A program made the position numbers and the translations under genes. The notes beneath the pieces were generated by a model. That model ran no database searches, was not told the DNA's origin, and saw nothing but the letters and a program-made list of their open reading frames with translations. Below, piece after piece: positions 28,095 through 38,887 of a stretch of 58,054 bases of DNA; positions within the stretch are counted from its first letter, which is position 1; each line of letters begins with the position of its first letter. The stretch covers positions 1-58,054 of IMG/VR virus record IMGVR_UViG_3300027575_000004. One strand, 5' to 3'. This DNA is from a virus (Duplodnaviria > Caudoviricetes).

Positions 28095-29279
28095 CTAATT
28101 CGTCAGTCTACAGCCGAGTTCTCCATAATAGGTCGCGGTGCCATACATTATATCGATTCTCGTGGGCAGGACATCATTGTTTATGTCGTACTGCCGTATG
28201 ATACGCATGGAGATGTTTTTCCACATCTCGCGCGCTGCGAAGTCCACGCCGCCGGGAAGTTCGAGCGGCACGGTCACGAGCCCGAACGTATCCTTCACGA
28301 AGCCGATATTTTGGGCGTAAGTGGTGGATGCAGAGCCTTTGACGGTGATAGCCGACAGATTTGCGGGTGCGCCAGTGACGTTCTGATACGCTCCGGTTGT
28401 GGTGATCGCGGGCGAAATCTGGATTGTCGAGTTGCCGCCCGAGTCCGAATTTGCAGCCGTGACCACAACGAAGTTCTGTAACGCTCCAGTAGACTGACGG
28501 TTCTGCGGATTGACGGCAAAGACGCCCGCGATTGTGAACACGTCGCCGACGTTCAGAAGCCCCGTGATGGAAGCTGTCCACCCGTTCGTGATGAGTGACG
28601 AGCCTGTCTGACCAGCGCCGTTAACGACACCCGTACCAGCATATGCGCCGACAGTCTGGCTTTGGATGTTCTGGTCCAGATAGATTTCGAAGTTCGCAAT
28701 ATTGGCGAGGAAGCCCTTCAATGCCGGTTCCGCAACCGCCTTCACGAACACGCCGATGAACGCGGCGGCAAGGGACCAATAAGCTGCCGAATTGAGGATG
28801 AGAACGCGCCCGTCCTGCGGGACCGCGCCTTCGTCCATGCGCTGCCCGACATTGGCGAGCGAGGTAAACGACGCAGGAACCGTACCGGGCGTGCCGACCT
28901 CGTTCCAAATCTGATTGTAGTTCGTGAGAACTTGGTAATCGAGCTGGTTCGCCAGTGCAGCCGCAGCCGGTTTGCAATAGCGCTCGCTGAATTCCTCTAT
29001 GACGAGCGTGAGGTCCGCCGAACTGAACTGGAAATCGACGTGCTGCTGGTTCGAAATCGTGATGGAGGTAGACGGTTCAACCACGTTCTGAATGTTCAGC
29101 CCCGGCCCGTTCGTAATCAGGAAGCGGTTCGGCTTGCGGATCGTCAGAGACGCGCCGATCTTCATAAACTGATTTTCGAACTTGCGATTGACCTTGCCTG
29201 CGGCGACGAGGTTGTTTTCGAGAATCGCGAGTGTTTCCGCCGTGATGATGCTCGGGGTTATCAGTGAGTTCGCAGACAT
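28095..29279 (-). CDS. major capsid protein, P22 gp5 coat family
   Basis: ETLAILENNL, KIGASLTIRKP, EEFSERYCKPA, GDVFTIAGVFAVNP, RIDIMYG. Confidence 0.92.
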   Translation of the reverse strand: MSANSLITPSIITAETLAILENNLVAAGKVNRKFENQFMKIGASLTIRKPNRFLITNGPGLNIQNVVEPSTSITISNQQHVDFQFSSADLTLVIEEFSERYCKPAAAALANQLDYQVLTNYNQIWNEVGTPGTVPASFTSLANVGQRMDEGAVPQDGRVLILNSAAYWSLAAAFIGVFVKAVAEPALKGFLANIANFEIYLDQNIQSQTVGAYAGTGVVNGAGQTGSSLITNGWTASITGLLNVGDVFTIAGVFAVNPQNRQSTGALQNFVVVTAANSDSGGNSTIQISPAITTTGAYQNVTGAPANLSAITVKGSASTTYAQNIGFVKDTFGLVTVPLELPGGVDFAAREMWKNISMRIIRQYDINNDVLPTRIDIMYGTATYYGELGCRLTN

Positions 29280-29315
29280 GATCTCCTTAATGCCGCAGGC
29301 TTACGCTTACGGTCC

Positions 29316-30341
29316 TTAATGCGCCGAGGCACCATTAAACCGCGCGAGCTTTTCGGCTCTCATTTCCTGAGTGCGGCGCGTGCAATATTCGGCAGTCGTT
29401 TCCGGTACCTTGGTTGCAGTCGCAGAACCAGTCTTGAGCGGTGTAATCGGTGCAGGCTTGGTTGATGGTTTCGGCTTGGCATTCAAACGTGCGGAAATGC
29501 GGCCCATTTCGTAAACCGCATTGATGGGATCAAGCTTGGAAATACGCGATGCTTCGTCAGGATTCTGGCCGAGGTAATAGGCCATCGCTGGCCCGTCTTC
29601 GCTCGTCAGAATCGCGTGAGACATCGGCGTGGAAATCTGGATTTCGTCGTTCTCGACAACATCCTCGAAGTCGGGGTGATCCTTGATGAACTTGTCTTTG
29701 CGGGATTCGTAGGCCTCGACAGTCGCGCGGTTGCGAGCCTCTGTGGCCTTCTGATCCTCGGTCTTGCGAGTCTTGGCCTGCTCGGCTTCAATCTTGGCGG
29801 CCGTGGCCTGTGCAGCCCTGCGGCTCGACCATTCAATCAGGGCCGCTTCATGAGCTTCGGGCGTGTCGAATTTCTCTCGGACAGGCTTGGGATCATTTGC
29901 CTCGGTGACCTTGAGCGTTTCGGACGCCTTGTCGCCCCCGGACTTCTCAAGCGCCGTCAATGCGCTCTTGAGGTTCGCTTCCGTCTCGGTCGCGCGGGTC
30001 TCGGCGGCTCGTTTAGCATTGCGGGCCTTGGTAAGCTCACGCTTCGCCCACGCGGGTAAATCTTCGAAGCTCTTGGCTTCGGTCGTTTGCGGAGTTTCTG
30101 TCTCGCCTTCTGCGGCAGGGGTCTCGACGGCAGCGGCTTCTTCAGCGGCCTTCGCAGCATTTGCGGCGGCTTGCGCTTCGGCAAGCTCGACTGATTCTTG
30201 CGGCTGGTCCTTGGATGTGTGCTGCGCGGATAGTGCAGGCGCAATTGCGGCAGCGCGCGGCTCATCGGACGTGGCGGAAAGCGCCGGTCCAGTGATGGGT
30301 TGCGGGTCAGCGATAGGCGCAGTTTTGGCAGCAGCAGTCAT
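29316..30341 (-). CDS. scaffolding protein
   Basis: A/E/K-rich coiled coil; HPDFEDVV, GPAMAYYLGQNPDEA; between portal and coat. Confidence 0.8.
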   Translation of the reverse strand: MTAAAKTAPIADPQPITGPALSATSDEPRAAAIAPALSAQHTSKDQPQESVELAEAQAAANAAKAAEEAAAVETPAAEGETETPQTTEAKSFEDLPAWAKRELTKARNAKRAAETRATETEANLKSALTALEKSGGDKASETLKVTEANDPKPVREKFDTPEAHEAALIEWSSRRAAQATAAKIEAEQAKTRKTEDQKATEARNRATVEAYESRKDKFIKDHPDFEDVVENDEIQISTPMSHAILTSEDGPAMAYYLGQNPDEASRISKLDPINAVYEMGRISARLNAKPKPSTKPAPITPLKTGSATATKVPETTAEYCTRRTQEMRAEKLARFNGASAH

Positions 30342-30523
30342 GGTGATTTTCCTTTTGGGTGCCCGGTTTGATCCCCGGTGGATTCAGCGGTTGTTCCCGA
30401 CGCTGGGCGGTCTGTCCCGGATAACACTCTCCGGTAGAGTTGTCGCTTTTTGGCTCCGACGACAAAGCGGATGAAAAATCATTATGCGATTTCAGATTGT
30501 TCCGCAAGCATGTTCGTATGTAA

Positions 30524-32848
30524 TCACTCGGTATCACCACCGCTTTGATTACCGGATTTGTCCGGCTTCGGCTTGTTCGCCTGCTCTAACGATGCGGTGA
30601 GGTCTTTCACATCTCGCGCAAGATTCTGAACGTGGAAGCCGATGTGCTTCTGGAAATCGCCTTCGGCCTTCTGGACAACGCCAAACATCTTCGCTTCGAA
30701 ATCCTTCTGGATTTTTTCGAGTGCGACCGCGCGGTCCTTGTCCTTGTCGTTCAATGCAGCCATTGCGCCTTGTAGCTGTTGAGTAAGCTGTTTGATCTGC
30801 GCTTCCATGTGCTGCATGACGGCCTGAATTTGCGGCGGGATATCTTTCTGATCGGGCGTCAAAAGCTGCGGCGGGACAGCCTTCGCCAAACGTGCGGCCA
30901 TTTCTTCCGCACCAGGCCAGTCCTGATACTTGGCGATAAGGTCCGCAACGAGTTGAGCCGTATTCGGCATCGCCTTCGCGAACGCCATCATGGACTCGGC
31001 GGCTTCGATGCGTTTTGTGGCATAAGACGGACCAATCGTAACCGTCACGCCATACTTGCCGAACTTCGGATTGAATATCTTAAGTTTCTTCGTCTCTTGC
31101 TGAACTTCTTTGTACGCTTGTGGCGCGTGCGGGTCGATTTGGATTTGTTCCTCCGTATCGTCCTCGCGAAGGATCGTCATGACCTGTTTTTTGTCGTAAA
31201 TCTTGGGAATGAGGTCGATAAATTGAGCGCCTAGAAAATGCAGAGACCTTCCAAGATTATCGACGTAATGAGACGAGCCGAGGTCGGATGACCGGCGCAT
31301 CTCGCGAATAGCGCGCCCCGAATCATCAACACGCTTTTCGCTGTTTGTCGGGTCGAAGCGAATGCCTGTCGTCGCCATCAAATCTTGCGAGGCTTGCAAC
31401 TTAAGATTTACAAACCCTGCCGGACTCCCGACCATAGCCTGACGCTGTGGTGCCGGGGCCGGTCTGCCCGCTACGCTTGTTCCCTTATAAGACAGGTACG
31501 GGAAATTGACGATGTTAGCCTGTTTCCATTCGTCCTCGTGACCTTCAATCTGCCCTTCCTCAACGATCCACGGGGCCTTGGGAGCGAGCCCGACAGTCTC
31601 GATTTCAGCATTTACCGCGTAATTATAAATGCGCTGCGCCCCCTTCGCATCCCGAATTATGCCTGAAAGTGTGACCTTGCCTTCAATGTCGATTTCGTTG
31701 CCGATGACTGGAATAATCGGTATCCACTGACCCAGCCAGATATTGCGCTCAAGAATTTCCTTAGCGGTGACTTTGTACCAGTGGATTGTCGGCGTGTGTG
31801 TCTCGCGCTCTTGCTCGACCAGCATACGCTTAGATGCGATCTTTTCCGCTACGTCGTCGTCAAGTTCGTCTTCGAACCCGGTCCAGCCGTTTTCAAGCTC
31901 AACCAGCTTACGCTTGCGATTCTTGATCTCGAAATATTCGGCAATCCGAACGCTGTCTTTTGACGACCAATCTTTGTAGCCTTCGCCCACCGATTGCTGA
32001 TCGAACGGCATGATATCGGCGTCAGGCCATTCTTCCTTAAATTCGTCGCGCGGAATAATCTCGGTGACAAATCCGAAGCGGCAGTCCGACCCATCCGGCT
32101 CTTGGTGGTCAGGGTCCAGATAGACCGTGAAGGGATTACGGATGCGCTTGACGACAATAATCTGGTTGAAACTGTCTGGAGCTTCAAACTCGGTGAGTAG
32201 TCGGAAATATCCAAAGCCACTAGTCACCGCGTCGTCAAACGCCGTATCGTAGGCGATATCGGCTTTACTATCCCGCTCAATAGCGCGGATCATGCCGCGA
32301 AACATCTTTGCGCCTTCGGGATCGCCCTTATCTCCTACCGGGCTGATATTGATGGCGGGCCTGTTCTGGCGCTGATCGTTGGTGACTTGTCGAACGAAAA
32401 CCGGGATTTTGTTAACAACCTCGCAAGGTCGTTTGTCAGCATTCCTCTGCGCCGCGACATCGGCAGAGTACTGATCGCCTTTCTTAAACTTACGGTCGCT
32501 GACGGCCTCTTTACGGTTCTCTGCTTCCCACGCCACGCAACGGTCGAAACGCTTACGTATCCGAGTGAGAATGTCTGCGTCGGATTCGTCCTCGTCCGGC
32601 GTGTTATCGGGCTTTTGAGATACCGACGTGATGTCTTTCGCTTCGGTCTTGTCCTCCGGCGAGTCTCCGTCTTCATACTCGGGTTCGTTGGTTTCCGAGT
32701 AAGCGGGGGGAGCATTAGCCGGGCGAGGGTCTTTGACCTTGCGCTTGCGTTTCTTATTTTTGACAGGGCCGACGCGGTTCATCCCATTATCAATTCTCGG
32801 CATTGAAATTTTACCGTCATCTGGCGGCTTGTCAGGGGAGTTTTTCAT
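30524..32848 (-). CDS. portal protein, P22 type
   Basis: RPCEVVNKI, QRQNRP, GFGYFRL, IPIIPVIG, GIIRDAKGAQRIYNY, GPSYATKRIEA. Confidence 0.92.
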   Translation of the reverse strand: MKNSPDKPPDDGKISMPRIDNGMNRVGPVKNKKRKRKVKDPRPANAPPAYSETNEPEYEDGDSPEDKTEAKDITSVSQKPDNTPDEDESDADILTRIRKRFDRCVAWEAENRKEAVSDRKFKKGDQYSADVAAQRNADKRPCEVVNKIPVFVRQVTNDQRQNRPAINISPVGDKGDPEGAKMFRGMIRAIERDSKADIAYDTAFDDAVTSGFGYFRLLTEFEAPDSFNQIIVVKRIRNPFTVYLDPDHQEPDGSDCRFGFVTEIIPRDEFKEEWPDADIMPFDQQSVGEGYKDWSSKDSVRIAEYFEIKNRKRKLVELENGWTGFEDELDDDVAEKIASKRMLVEQERETHTPTIHWYKVTAKEILERNIWLGQWIPIIPVIGNEIDIEGKVTLSGIIRDAKGAQRIYNYAVNAEIETVGLAPKAPWIVEEGQIEGHEDEWKQANIVNFPYLSYKGTSVAGRPAPAPQRQAMVGSPAGFVNLKLQASQDLMATTGIRFDPTNSEKRVDDSGRAIREMRRSSDLGSSHYVDNLGRSLHFLGAQFIDLIPKIYDKKQVMTILREDDTEEQIQIDPHAPQAYKEVQQETKKLKIFNPKFGKYGVTVTIGPSYATKRIEAAESMMAFAKAMPNTAQLVADLIAKYQDWPGAEEMAARLAKAVPPQLLTPDQKDIPPQIQAVMQHMEAQIKQLTQQLQGAMAALNDKDKDRAVALEKIQKDFEAKMFGVVQKAEGDFQKHIGFHVQNLARDVKDLTASLEQANKPKPDKSGNQSGGDTE

Positions 32849-33360
32849 TATGCCGCCGTCTTGAAGTTTAAGACCGCGAACTCGCCGTGAATTTTCTTGG
32901 CTGCCTTATCGTAAGCACGAGCGGCTTCTTCTTGGGTTCCAAATGAACCTAAGAATACCTTCTTTCCGCCAGAACAGATGCGCGCTTGCCACCTCTTTCG
33001 TTTCGGATGGACGCCCAAATAAATGGACTTTCCTGTCCACTTCCGTCTGTTCGCCATGTTTTGAAGTCTTGTGGCTGCTCGCAAGTTTGTAAAAATATCG
33101 TTCGCTTTATTGTGATCCCGATGGTCAATATCGCCAGACGGCCACTCTCCGGTCATATAAAGCCACGCGAGGCGGCTACCAAGCCACAGCCCGCCAGCTA
33201 ACCCAATCTGCAAGCGTTTATCTGGCCTCCGCGAGCCAGCCCTTGCTCCGGGCATATTGCTCGACATTTTTTTCAGCCACGTCCACTCGCCGGTCAGGGG
33301 GTCATAGTGAATGGCTTCGCGCAGCCACTCAGCGGTGAAAGACCCATTGCGAGGAACCAT
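32848..33360 (-). CDS. HNH endonuclease with AP2 DNA-binding domain
   Basis: [49 protein letters not shown]. Confidence 0.9.
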   Translation of the reverse strand: MVPRNGSFTAEWLREAIHYDPLTGEWTWLKKMSSNMPGARAGSRRPDKRLQIGLAGGLWLGSRLAWLYMTGEWPSGDIDHRDHNKANDIFTNLRAATRLQNMANRRKWTGKSIYLGVHPKRKRWQARICSGGKKVFLGSFGTQEEAARAYDKAAKKIHGEFAVLNFKTAA

Positions 33361-33368
33361 GCGTCACG

Positions 33369-33572
33369 TCAGCCCGTAAACACCGATTGAGCCAGCGCGC
33401 TGGCGTAGCCTTGTGGGGGCGTAGCGCCTTCGTTGCTCGCAAGCGTGGTCTTGAGTGTCGCAATCCATGCGTTCGCTGTCGTATCGTTGGTTTGCTGGGC
33501 GTAGAACTGCATCGCCTGGATCTGGCACTTGAGGTTCTGAAGGGATGTGCTGATCGAAACGGGGTCACTCAT
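33369..33572 (-). CDS. hypothetical protein
   Basis: small ORF in late arm. Confidence 0.5.
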   Translation of the reverse strand: MSDPVSISTSLQNLKCQIQAMQFYAQQTNDTTANAWIATLKTTLASNEGATPPQGYASALAQSVFTG

Positions 33573-33770
33573 GAGGCTTCCTTCCGGCCAAAGTTCTTAC
33601 ACGAGATTCGTCCATAGCCTTCCTGATTTCTTGGAAGGCTGTTGAATAATTGTGAAGCGCCAGAAACACCTGATCGACATCCCCTTGCGTGACGGTACGA
33701 AAATCGTCGGTCGCAATGTCGTACATGCGAAGCTCGGTCGGATGCTCGACGCGATATTTTTCCTCTGGCG

Positions 33771-34139
33771 TCATGCTGCCATCGTGACTGTCGCGGCTGC
33801 GCCTGTACCGCTTATCGCAGTCAGTAACGCGCCGTAGTGTTTGAAGCTCGCCTGCATCGTCGTGGTGTATGTGGCGGTGAGATAAGTGCTTGGAGCGATG
33901 AGCGGGTCGCCAAGGTTTACCCAATTCTTGACAGACGCAGGATCGCCCGGATCGTTAGATGCGACAAGCTGAACTGTGCCGCCGACGTTTCCTGCCGTGC
34001 CGATAATTTCGACAACGAAAGTTTCTTGGGATGGCGGCGTGGTCGGGTTTGTCGCTCCCCACGGCGAGACGTAGCTAGGCGGGGCTGCGCCCGCTGCCTG
34101 CGTCGCTGTCGCCTTCGTCAGAAGATAATAGACGCTCAT
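33771..34139 (-). CDS. putative small virion beta-sandwich protein
   Basis: T/A-rich; GTVQLVASND...WVNLG pattern; upstream of portal. Confidence 0.55.
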   Translation of the reverse strand: MSVYYLLTKATATQAAGAAPPSYVSPWGATNPTTPPSQETFVVEIIGTAGNVGGTVQLVASNDPGDPASVKNWVNLGDPLIAPSTYLTATYTTTMQASFKHYGALLTAISGTGAAATVTMAA

Positions 34140-34280
34140 GTGGAACTGATACAGCCTTTCGGGCCTGTGCGTCTAGTCTCGCTTTCAATCCGTGCATGAC
34201 TGTTTCATGTGAAGGCGGATTGATTACAAGCGCCTCTATGAGAGCGTGGCTTGATGTGTTCTTGAGTGCGCGTGCGGTAA

Positions 34281-34811
34281 TCATTTTGTCCGAACGTCGA
34301 AGCGGATAACCAAAGCGTCGGGGTCTTCAACGTAGTAAGCGAGTTCTTCTTCAGTCGCATCATCAGGTGGGAATAGACGATGTTTAGCGATGCACACTCG
34401 CATCGCGCACCCATGCCACTTGTCACGCCACACGCCTATTAGGCCCCGAGGGGCTTCCAAATATTCTTCGCTCATGGCGACGCCGATTGGGAGATGACCT
34501 GCAAGTGTCGTCATGGCTGGGAAAATTACGCGGGCGCTGAAATCGTCAAGTTCCCAATCGAGCCACTGTTTTTTGATTACGGCTTCGACATGGTATTGCG
34601 GACCATGGCCGGGTTCGACACCCATGTGCTGAAGGTTCCCGAGAATACGAAGCGCCTCGCGGCAAATTATCGTGGCGTCGAGAGGCAACCGCTTGATGTC
34701 GTCGGTGACGGGGTGATCGTTAGATGAGCCAAGTATAGCGTTGAATGCCCGCCGCAAACTACGACGAAGCCATGCCCTATCCTCTGGCGAACCGACGACG
34801 GTGTTAATCAT
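34281..34811 (-). CDS. miniature paralogue of the major capsid protein
   Basis: four colinear blocks resembling coat 28095-29279 (see findings). Confidence 0.6.
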   Translation of the reverse strand: MINTVVGSPEDRAWLRRSLRRAFNAILGSSNDHPVTDDIKRLPLDATIICREALRILGNLQHMGVEPGHGPQYHVEAVIKKQWLDWELDDFSARVIFPAMTTLAGHLPIGVAMSEEYLEAPRGLIGVWRDKWHGCAMRVCIAKHRLFPPDDATEEELAYYVEDPDALVIRFDVRTK

Positions 34812-35110
34812 TCATCACTCTCCATCTCCATCGCCTCTAACCTTGCCGTCTCGCGTAATCGCTGCGCTGTAATCTCTTGCGCCCGTGCCTCAACATCATC
34901 GGCAATAACTTCGCCGGGCTCAAGCTTCATGTCGATTGCTGTCTCTACGGCTTCAAGATATGCAGCCCTGCGGTCACGCCAGCGTCGGCCTTTGTCCCAT
35001 GCGACGATGCTGAAATATTCCTGTTGTCTGTCGTTGCACATGGATAGCCGCACCGCATCCTCGTTCATGATCGGAGACCAGAAGCGGAATTGAGAGTAGT
35101 AGCGAGTCAC
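34808..35110 (-). CDS. hypothetical protein
   Basis: ORF overlapping both neighbours. Confidence 0.6.
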   Translation of the reverse strand: MTRYYSQFRFWSPIMNEDAVRLSMCNDRQQEYFSIVAWDKGRRWRDRRAAYLEAVETAIDMKLEPGEVIADDVEARAQEITAQRLRETARLEAMEMESDE

Positions 35111-35349
35111 AGGCTACGCTCGCCATTGCGGCCGATTAACTTCGTTTGTCCGACTTCCGGCATCAGAAACGCTTCAGCCTTAACAACATCGCGAAGATTG
35201 GTACTATACGGTATTTTGCATTTGTCGCGCGCTCCGTGGCATTCGACAATAAAGACGTAGTGATCGTCCAATGGACTTTCCCATCGTTCCAATCGTTCCC
35301 AGCGGTCAACGAGTTTGCCGCACTTGTTGCACCAAATATCAGGGATCAT
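35107..35349 (-). CDS. hypothetical protein with CxxC and CHG motifs
   Basis: WCNKCGK...VECHG. Confidence 0.55.
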   Translation of the reverse strand: MIPDIWCNKCGKLVDRWERLERWESPLDDHYVFIVECHGARDKCKIPYSTNLRDVVKAEAFLMPEVGQTKLIGRNGERSL

Positions 35350-35593
35350 TTTTTCTTCGCGGCGTGCAGATACTTCCCGAGATTGCCGCCGGGATGCGTG
35401 TCTTTCTTTGCGGGCGGCTTCGTGCCTGAGCGTTTGACGGGATTGTTCGGCCTCATCTGTGGCGTGGGCTTGGCTTTCGAATCCATGTCATTCCTCCGTG
35501 CTGCTGTCCCAATAATCTTGCTCGTCCCTGTCGTCTACAGGTTCGTCTACTGTGTCGGCAATCTCGAAATAGCCGCCGCCACAGTCGTCTTCG

Positions 35594-35869
35594 TCATCCA
35601 TCGAATGAGCCGACTTTAGGGAGGACGGGCGGCGGATCGGCAAGCGCTGCATTTATCATAGCATCCCAAACATCCTGTGGCCCATAATCGTTCGGGTCGT
35701 TGATGACGGGGCCTGCATCCCACATTGCATCGGTCGGTTCACGCATCGCCTCGATAGCGGCGCGGGCGGCGCTCATCGCCTCCTCGTCACTCATGTAGTA
35801 ACGAAGATCGCCGAGGGGGCCAAGATTATTTGCAATTGCCCGCGCGACACGCTCAACCATCTCGCTCAT
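35594..35869 (-). CDS. conserved phage protein (ERVARAI...ARAAIEAMREPT type), similar to 41471-41749
   Basis: motifs shared with 41471-41749. Confidence 0.65.
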   Translation of the reverse strand: MSEMVERVARAIANNLGPLGDLRYYMSDEEAMSAARAAIEAMREPTDAMWDAGPVINDPNDYGPQDVWDAMINAALADPPPVLPKVGSFDG

Positions 35870-36591
35870 TTGAAATGCCTCCGCTTCAGATTATCCAACG
35901 CCGCAAGCACGAGGTTCGTATCGCATTTGAGACAGCCTAGAACAGGGCCGCGTTCGATGTGAGAGTGAGCCAAGTCATCTTTGAAAGCGACCAGCGGACG
36001 CGTTGCAGCTTCGAACTTTTGGCGACGGGAGGGACTTTGGACAGCGACGGTCCTAAGCGGCCTGAAACTTCCCGTCGCACAGTCGCCTAGATCGATGACT
36101 TCGGACGGCCTGCCGTTGCTCGGCCCCTTCATAATGTCGCTTCCTTCTTCTGCTCGCGGTAATTGGCAACAGCTTCGAGGATTTCAACGGCCACGCGGCG
36201 CGGACTCGTGAATCTGCTGTCCCAAAGTTCGACAATCTCGGCGATCTCGTCCAAGAGTTTGTTGTCCTCCTCGCTCATTTTGCCTCCTTCGCTTTGGGCA
36301 CAACTCGTAGCCCATGCTTCGTTAGCCATGCCTGAACATCGGCAGGGACGATTACCTTGGGCTTGCGACCGGGCTTAGAGACGGGGATCGAGGGGGATTT
36401 ATCGCGTTTACCCCCTCGTCCTTTTCCGGCTGCATTTTGCACATCCACTGGCGGCTCGATGCAAATCGAGTAGTCCGGCGGCGGCTCACGGGTAGCTAGC
36501 GCACCCAATAGCTTTGGACGATAAATGTCTGTCAATTCGATCCGCTTGCCCATATGTGCATATAACGCCGCGATATGGACAATTGCAAGTC

Positions 36592-37932
36592 CTACGTCCC
36601 CATCCATCCCTGTCCGACTTCGCTGCCTATTTGGATAGTGCGGACGGCGGGACGGGATGGCGTGCGTTTGTCCGGCACCCTGTAGCCCGTGGCGAGGTAG
36701 CGGAAGGCGTCGGAACCGTTTGAAGACCAATCATGATACGGCTCGGTCGAGAACATCTTGCGGGCCTCGATCCATTGATAATGATAGCTCACGAGGGCGA
36801 GCCTGCCGCGTTCGGTCTTGGCTCTATCGAAATAGCATCGAGCGATGAAAGCGCGGGCTATGTTGATACCTTCCTGCTTGTCTCCACGCTCTAACACACT
36901 GAATTTGAAGCCAAAAGACTTCGCAACCTCGAATGTGGATTTACCGCCCGCTGCAAATTGGTGCGCGTCAAGATCGTGCGGGCCAGTGTGCGTACCCCAG
37001 AGATACGGCAGGCTTTGAAGGTGTTTAATGTAGTGGTCTATGCCCACGCCTACGCCAGAATTCTCATAATAATCAATGACATGAACTTCACGGCCCGCCG
37101 TCTGTGTGAACCAGATTGCAGTCGGGTCGCCCGTCCCAATGTCCCACCATGTATCGACGGGTAGCTCGGGCTGCCACGGTACAGCGCAAATGCGCCCGTC
37201 TTGCTCGGCTTTTTCCATCTGCTTGCCGAAGATGGAGCCTTGCTGAACGCCTTCGAACGAGCAGTAATACTCTTGTTGGATCATGTCTTCCGACATGCCT
37301 TCGCGGCGCTCTGCGTCCATGTCAGCGTCGGTTAAGACGCCCGTATCTCGGATCGTGAGCTTTTGACAAAACCATGCCGGATCGCCAGCTTGCATGAGCT
37401 TTTGGGCGGTTTCGTACAGCGTATGTCCATGATTCTTGCCGCGGGGCGTGTAATCGAATATGGCCCAGCCGCCATTTTCTCTTAGGATCGGGCGCACATA
37501 ATCCCATGCTGAAGGGTCTTGGAGGCTGTATTCGGCGAAGACAACGCCAATCGGGTTTGTGGACATGATGGCGTCGATTGAATCGGAACCGACAAGCTGA
37601 AATATCGAGCCGTTCTTGAGGGTTAGCTTGAGTTCCGTCTCATTCTTGGCATTGATGATTTCAGGGGGGAAGTGGCCTAGAAACGGGAAGCCTTCACGGT
37701 CCATGCCGTCCCAGATGGCCTTTTTTGCCTGTTTGTAAGTAGGAAACAGGTAAAAATATGTCCCAACACGCTCGAATGCCCGCTTGGCTGTGAAGTTGAT
37801 GAATGTTTTTTCCTTACCGGAGCGGCGATGCCAAACGGCGACCGCGCGAGTAGCACCATTATCGAGCGCAGATAAGACCGGCAACTGATAGAAGCGCGGC
37901 GTGAACCTATGCGGGAGGGTTATGAGCGGCAT
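36592..37932 (-). CDS. terL: terminase large subunit
   Basis: Walker A WHRRSGK, Walker B-like VVFAEY, YTPRGKNH, nuclease WDIG..D.TAIW, HDWSSNGSDAFRY. Confidence 0.95.
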   Translation of the reverse strand: MPLITLPHRFTPRFYQLPVLSALDNGATRAVAVWHRRSGKEKTFINFTAKRAFERVGTYFYLFPTYKQAKKAIWDGMDREGFPFLGHFPPEIINAKNETELKLTLKNGSIFQLVGSDSIDAIMSTNPIGVVFAEYSLQDPSAWDYVRPILRENGGWAIFDYTPRGKNHGHTLYETAQKLMQAGDPAWFCQKLTIRDTGVLTDADMDAERREGMSEDMIQQEYYCSFEGVQQGSIFGKQMEKAEQDGRICAVPWQPELPVDTWWDIGTGDPTAIWFTQTAGREVHVIDYYENSGVGVGIDHYIKHLQSLPYLWGTHTGPHDLDAHQFAAGGKSTFEVAKSFGFKFSVLERGDKQEGINIARAFIARCYFDRAKTERGRLALVSYHYQWIEARKMFSTEPYHDWSSNGSDAFRYLATGYRVPDKRTPSRPAVRTIQIGSEVGQGWMGT

Positions 37933-38158
37933 AGCTCACAACATGGACCTTTAGCGGCTCGCCGTCACCACCTGTAAGCTGAAGGGGGAGAACTTTGCCC
38001 ACTAAAGTCATGAATGCTGTGGGGTTAGCCTCGGCTTGGGCTTGGAGATATTCAATGCCGCCCACGTTATCGAGGGCCTTCAATATCATGTCTTTGAGCA
38101 GGCCCGTGTTCTTGTTCGGTGTGCCCGCAACCCGTCCGCCTGTCTTTTGGCCTTTCAT
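37907..38158 (-). CDS. terS: terminase small subunit
   Basis: GGRVAGTPNK...GGIEYL...NPTAFMTLVGKVLPLQ; overlaps terL start. Confidence 0.75.
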   Translation of the reverse strand: MKGQKTGGRVAGTPNKNTGLLKDMILKALDNVGGIEYLQAQAEANPTAFMTLVGKVLPLQLTGGDGEPLKVHVVSYAAHNPPA

Positions 38159-38638
38159 GTTCTAGCAGGCTCTACTTTAGATGATTACGCCACAGCGTCC
38201 GATTGCGCCTGTCTCTGCCTGTCACGGAAGCGTCTGACGGCATCTCTGACTTGTTCGCGTCTTTTGACGCGCTTTGGATCGTCAGGCGTGGATGAGGCTT
38301 GGGGGGCGTCTGAGAGGGGTTGCGTGTCCGACATTGGCTTGCCCCGTCTTATTTCATGTAGCTTGGGACTTTGCGTGCTAGCTTATGCGGATGCTTTGGG
38401 GCCGTGGTCGGAATCTCGTGCTTTGAGGTTGTGGGGCGCGAGCCGGAGCCGACATGCTTGTGGACCTTCGCGGAGCCGCCAACATCCGTGGGCTTCACGC
38501 CGTGGCCTGTCATGCTTTTCTTGAACATGGGGGAGAATTCCTTTGCTTCGAAGCGATTGAGTTATAGCGCGGGATTTGTGTGTAAACAACGGGTTGATGT
38601 AATCATTGTGCTACGCACTCGAATCGAAGCCTTCGGTG

Positions 38639-38887
38639 TCACGGTTTCTTTTCGTCCCTTAGCTTTTGTGCGTCGAATATAGCCTTGACCTTAGCATAAA
38701 CCGCTTTGCTGTCAGCGCCCGCCTGACATGCCGCGACAGCATCTCCATTGCAGTGCGAACCAACGACGGAAAGTGCGGCCCCAATATCCGCCAAGTCCTG
38801 TTGCGTCAGCTTTGGTGCCGCGTCGTCGGCGAGCGCGGGAGTTCCTAAGATGGACGAAAGTAGGATGGCTGTGACGAGTTTTTTCAT
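38639..38887 (-). CDS. secreted helical protein (signal peptide, 2 Cys)
   Basis: MKKLVTAILLSSILGTPALA|DD; ATGA overlap with upstream gene. Confidence 0.75.
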   Translation of the reverse strand: MKKLVTAILLSSILGTPALADDAAPKLTQQDLADIGAALSVVGSHCNGDAVAACQAGADSKAVYAKVKAIFDAQKLRDEKKP

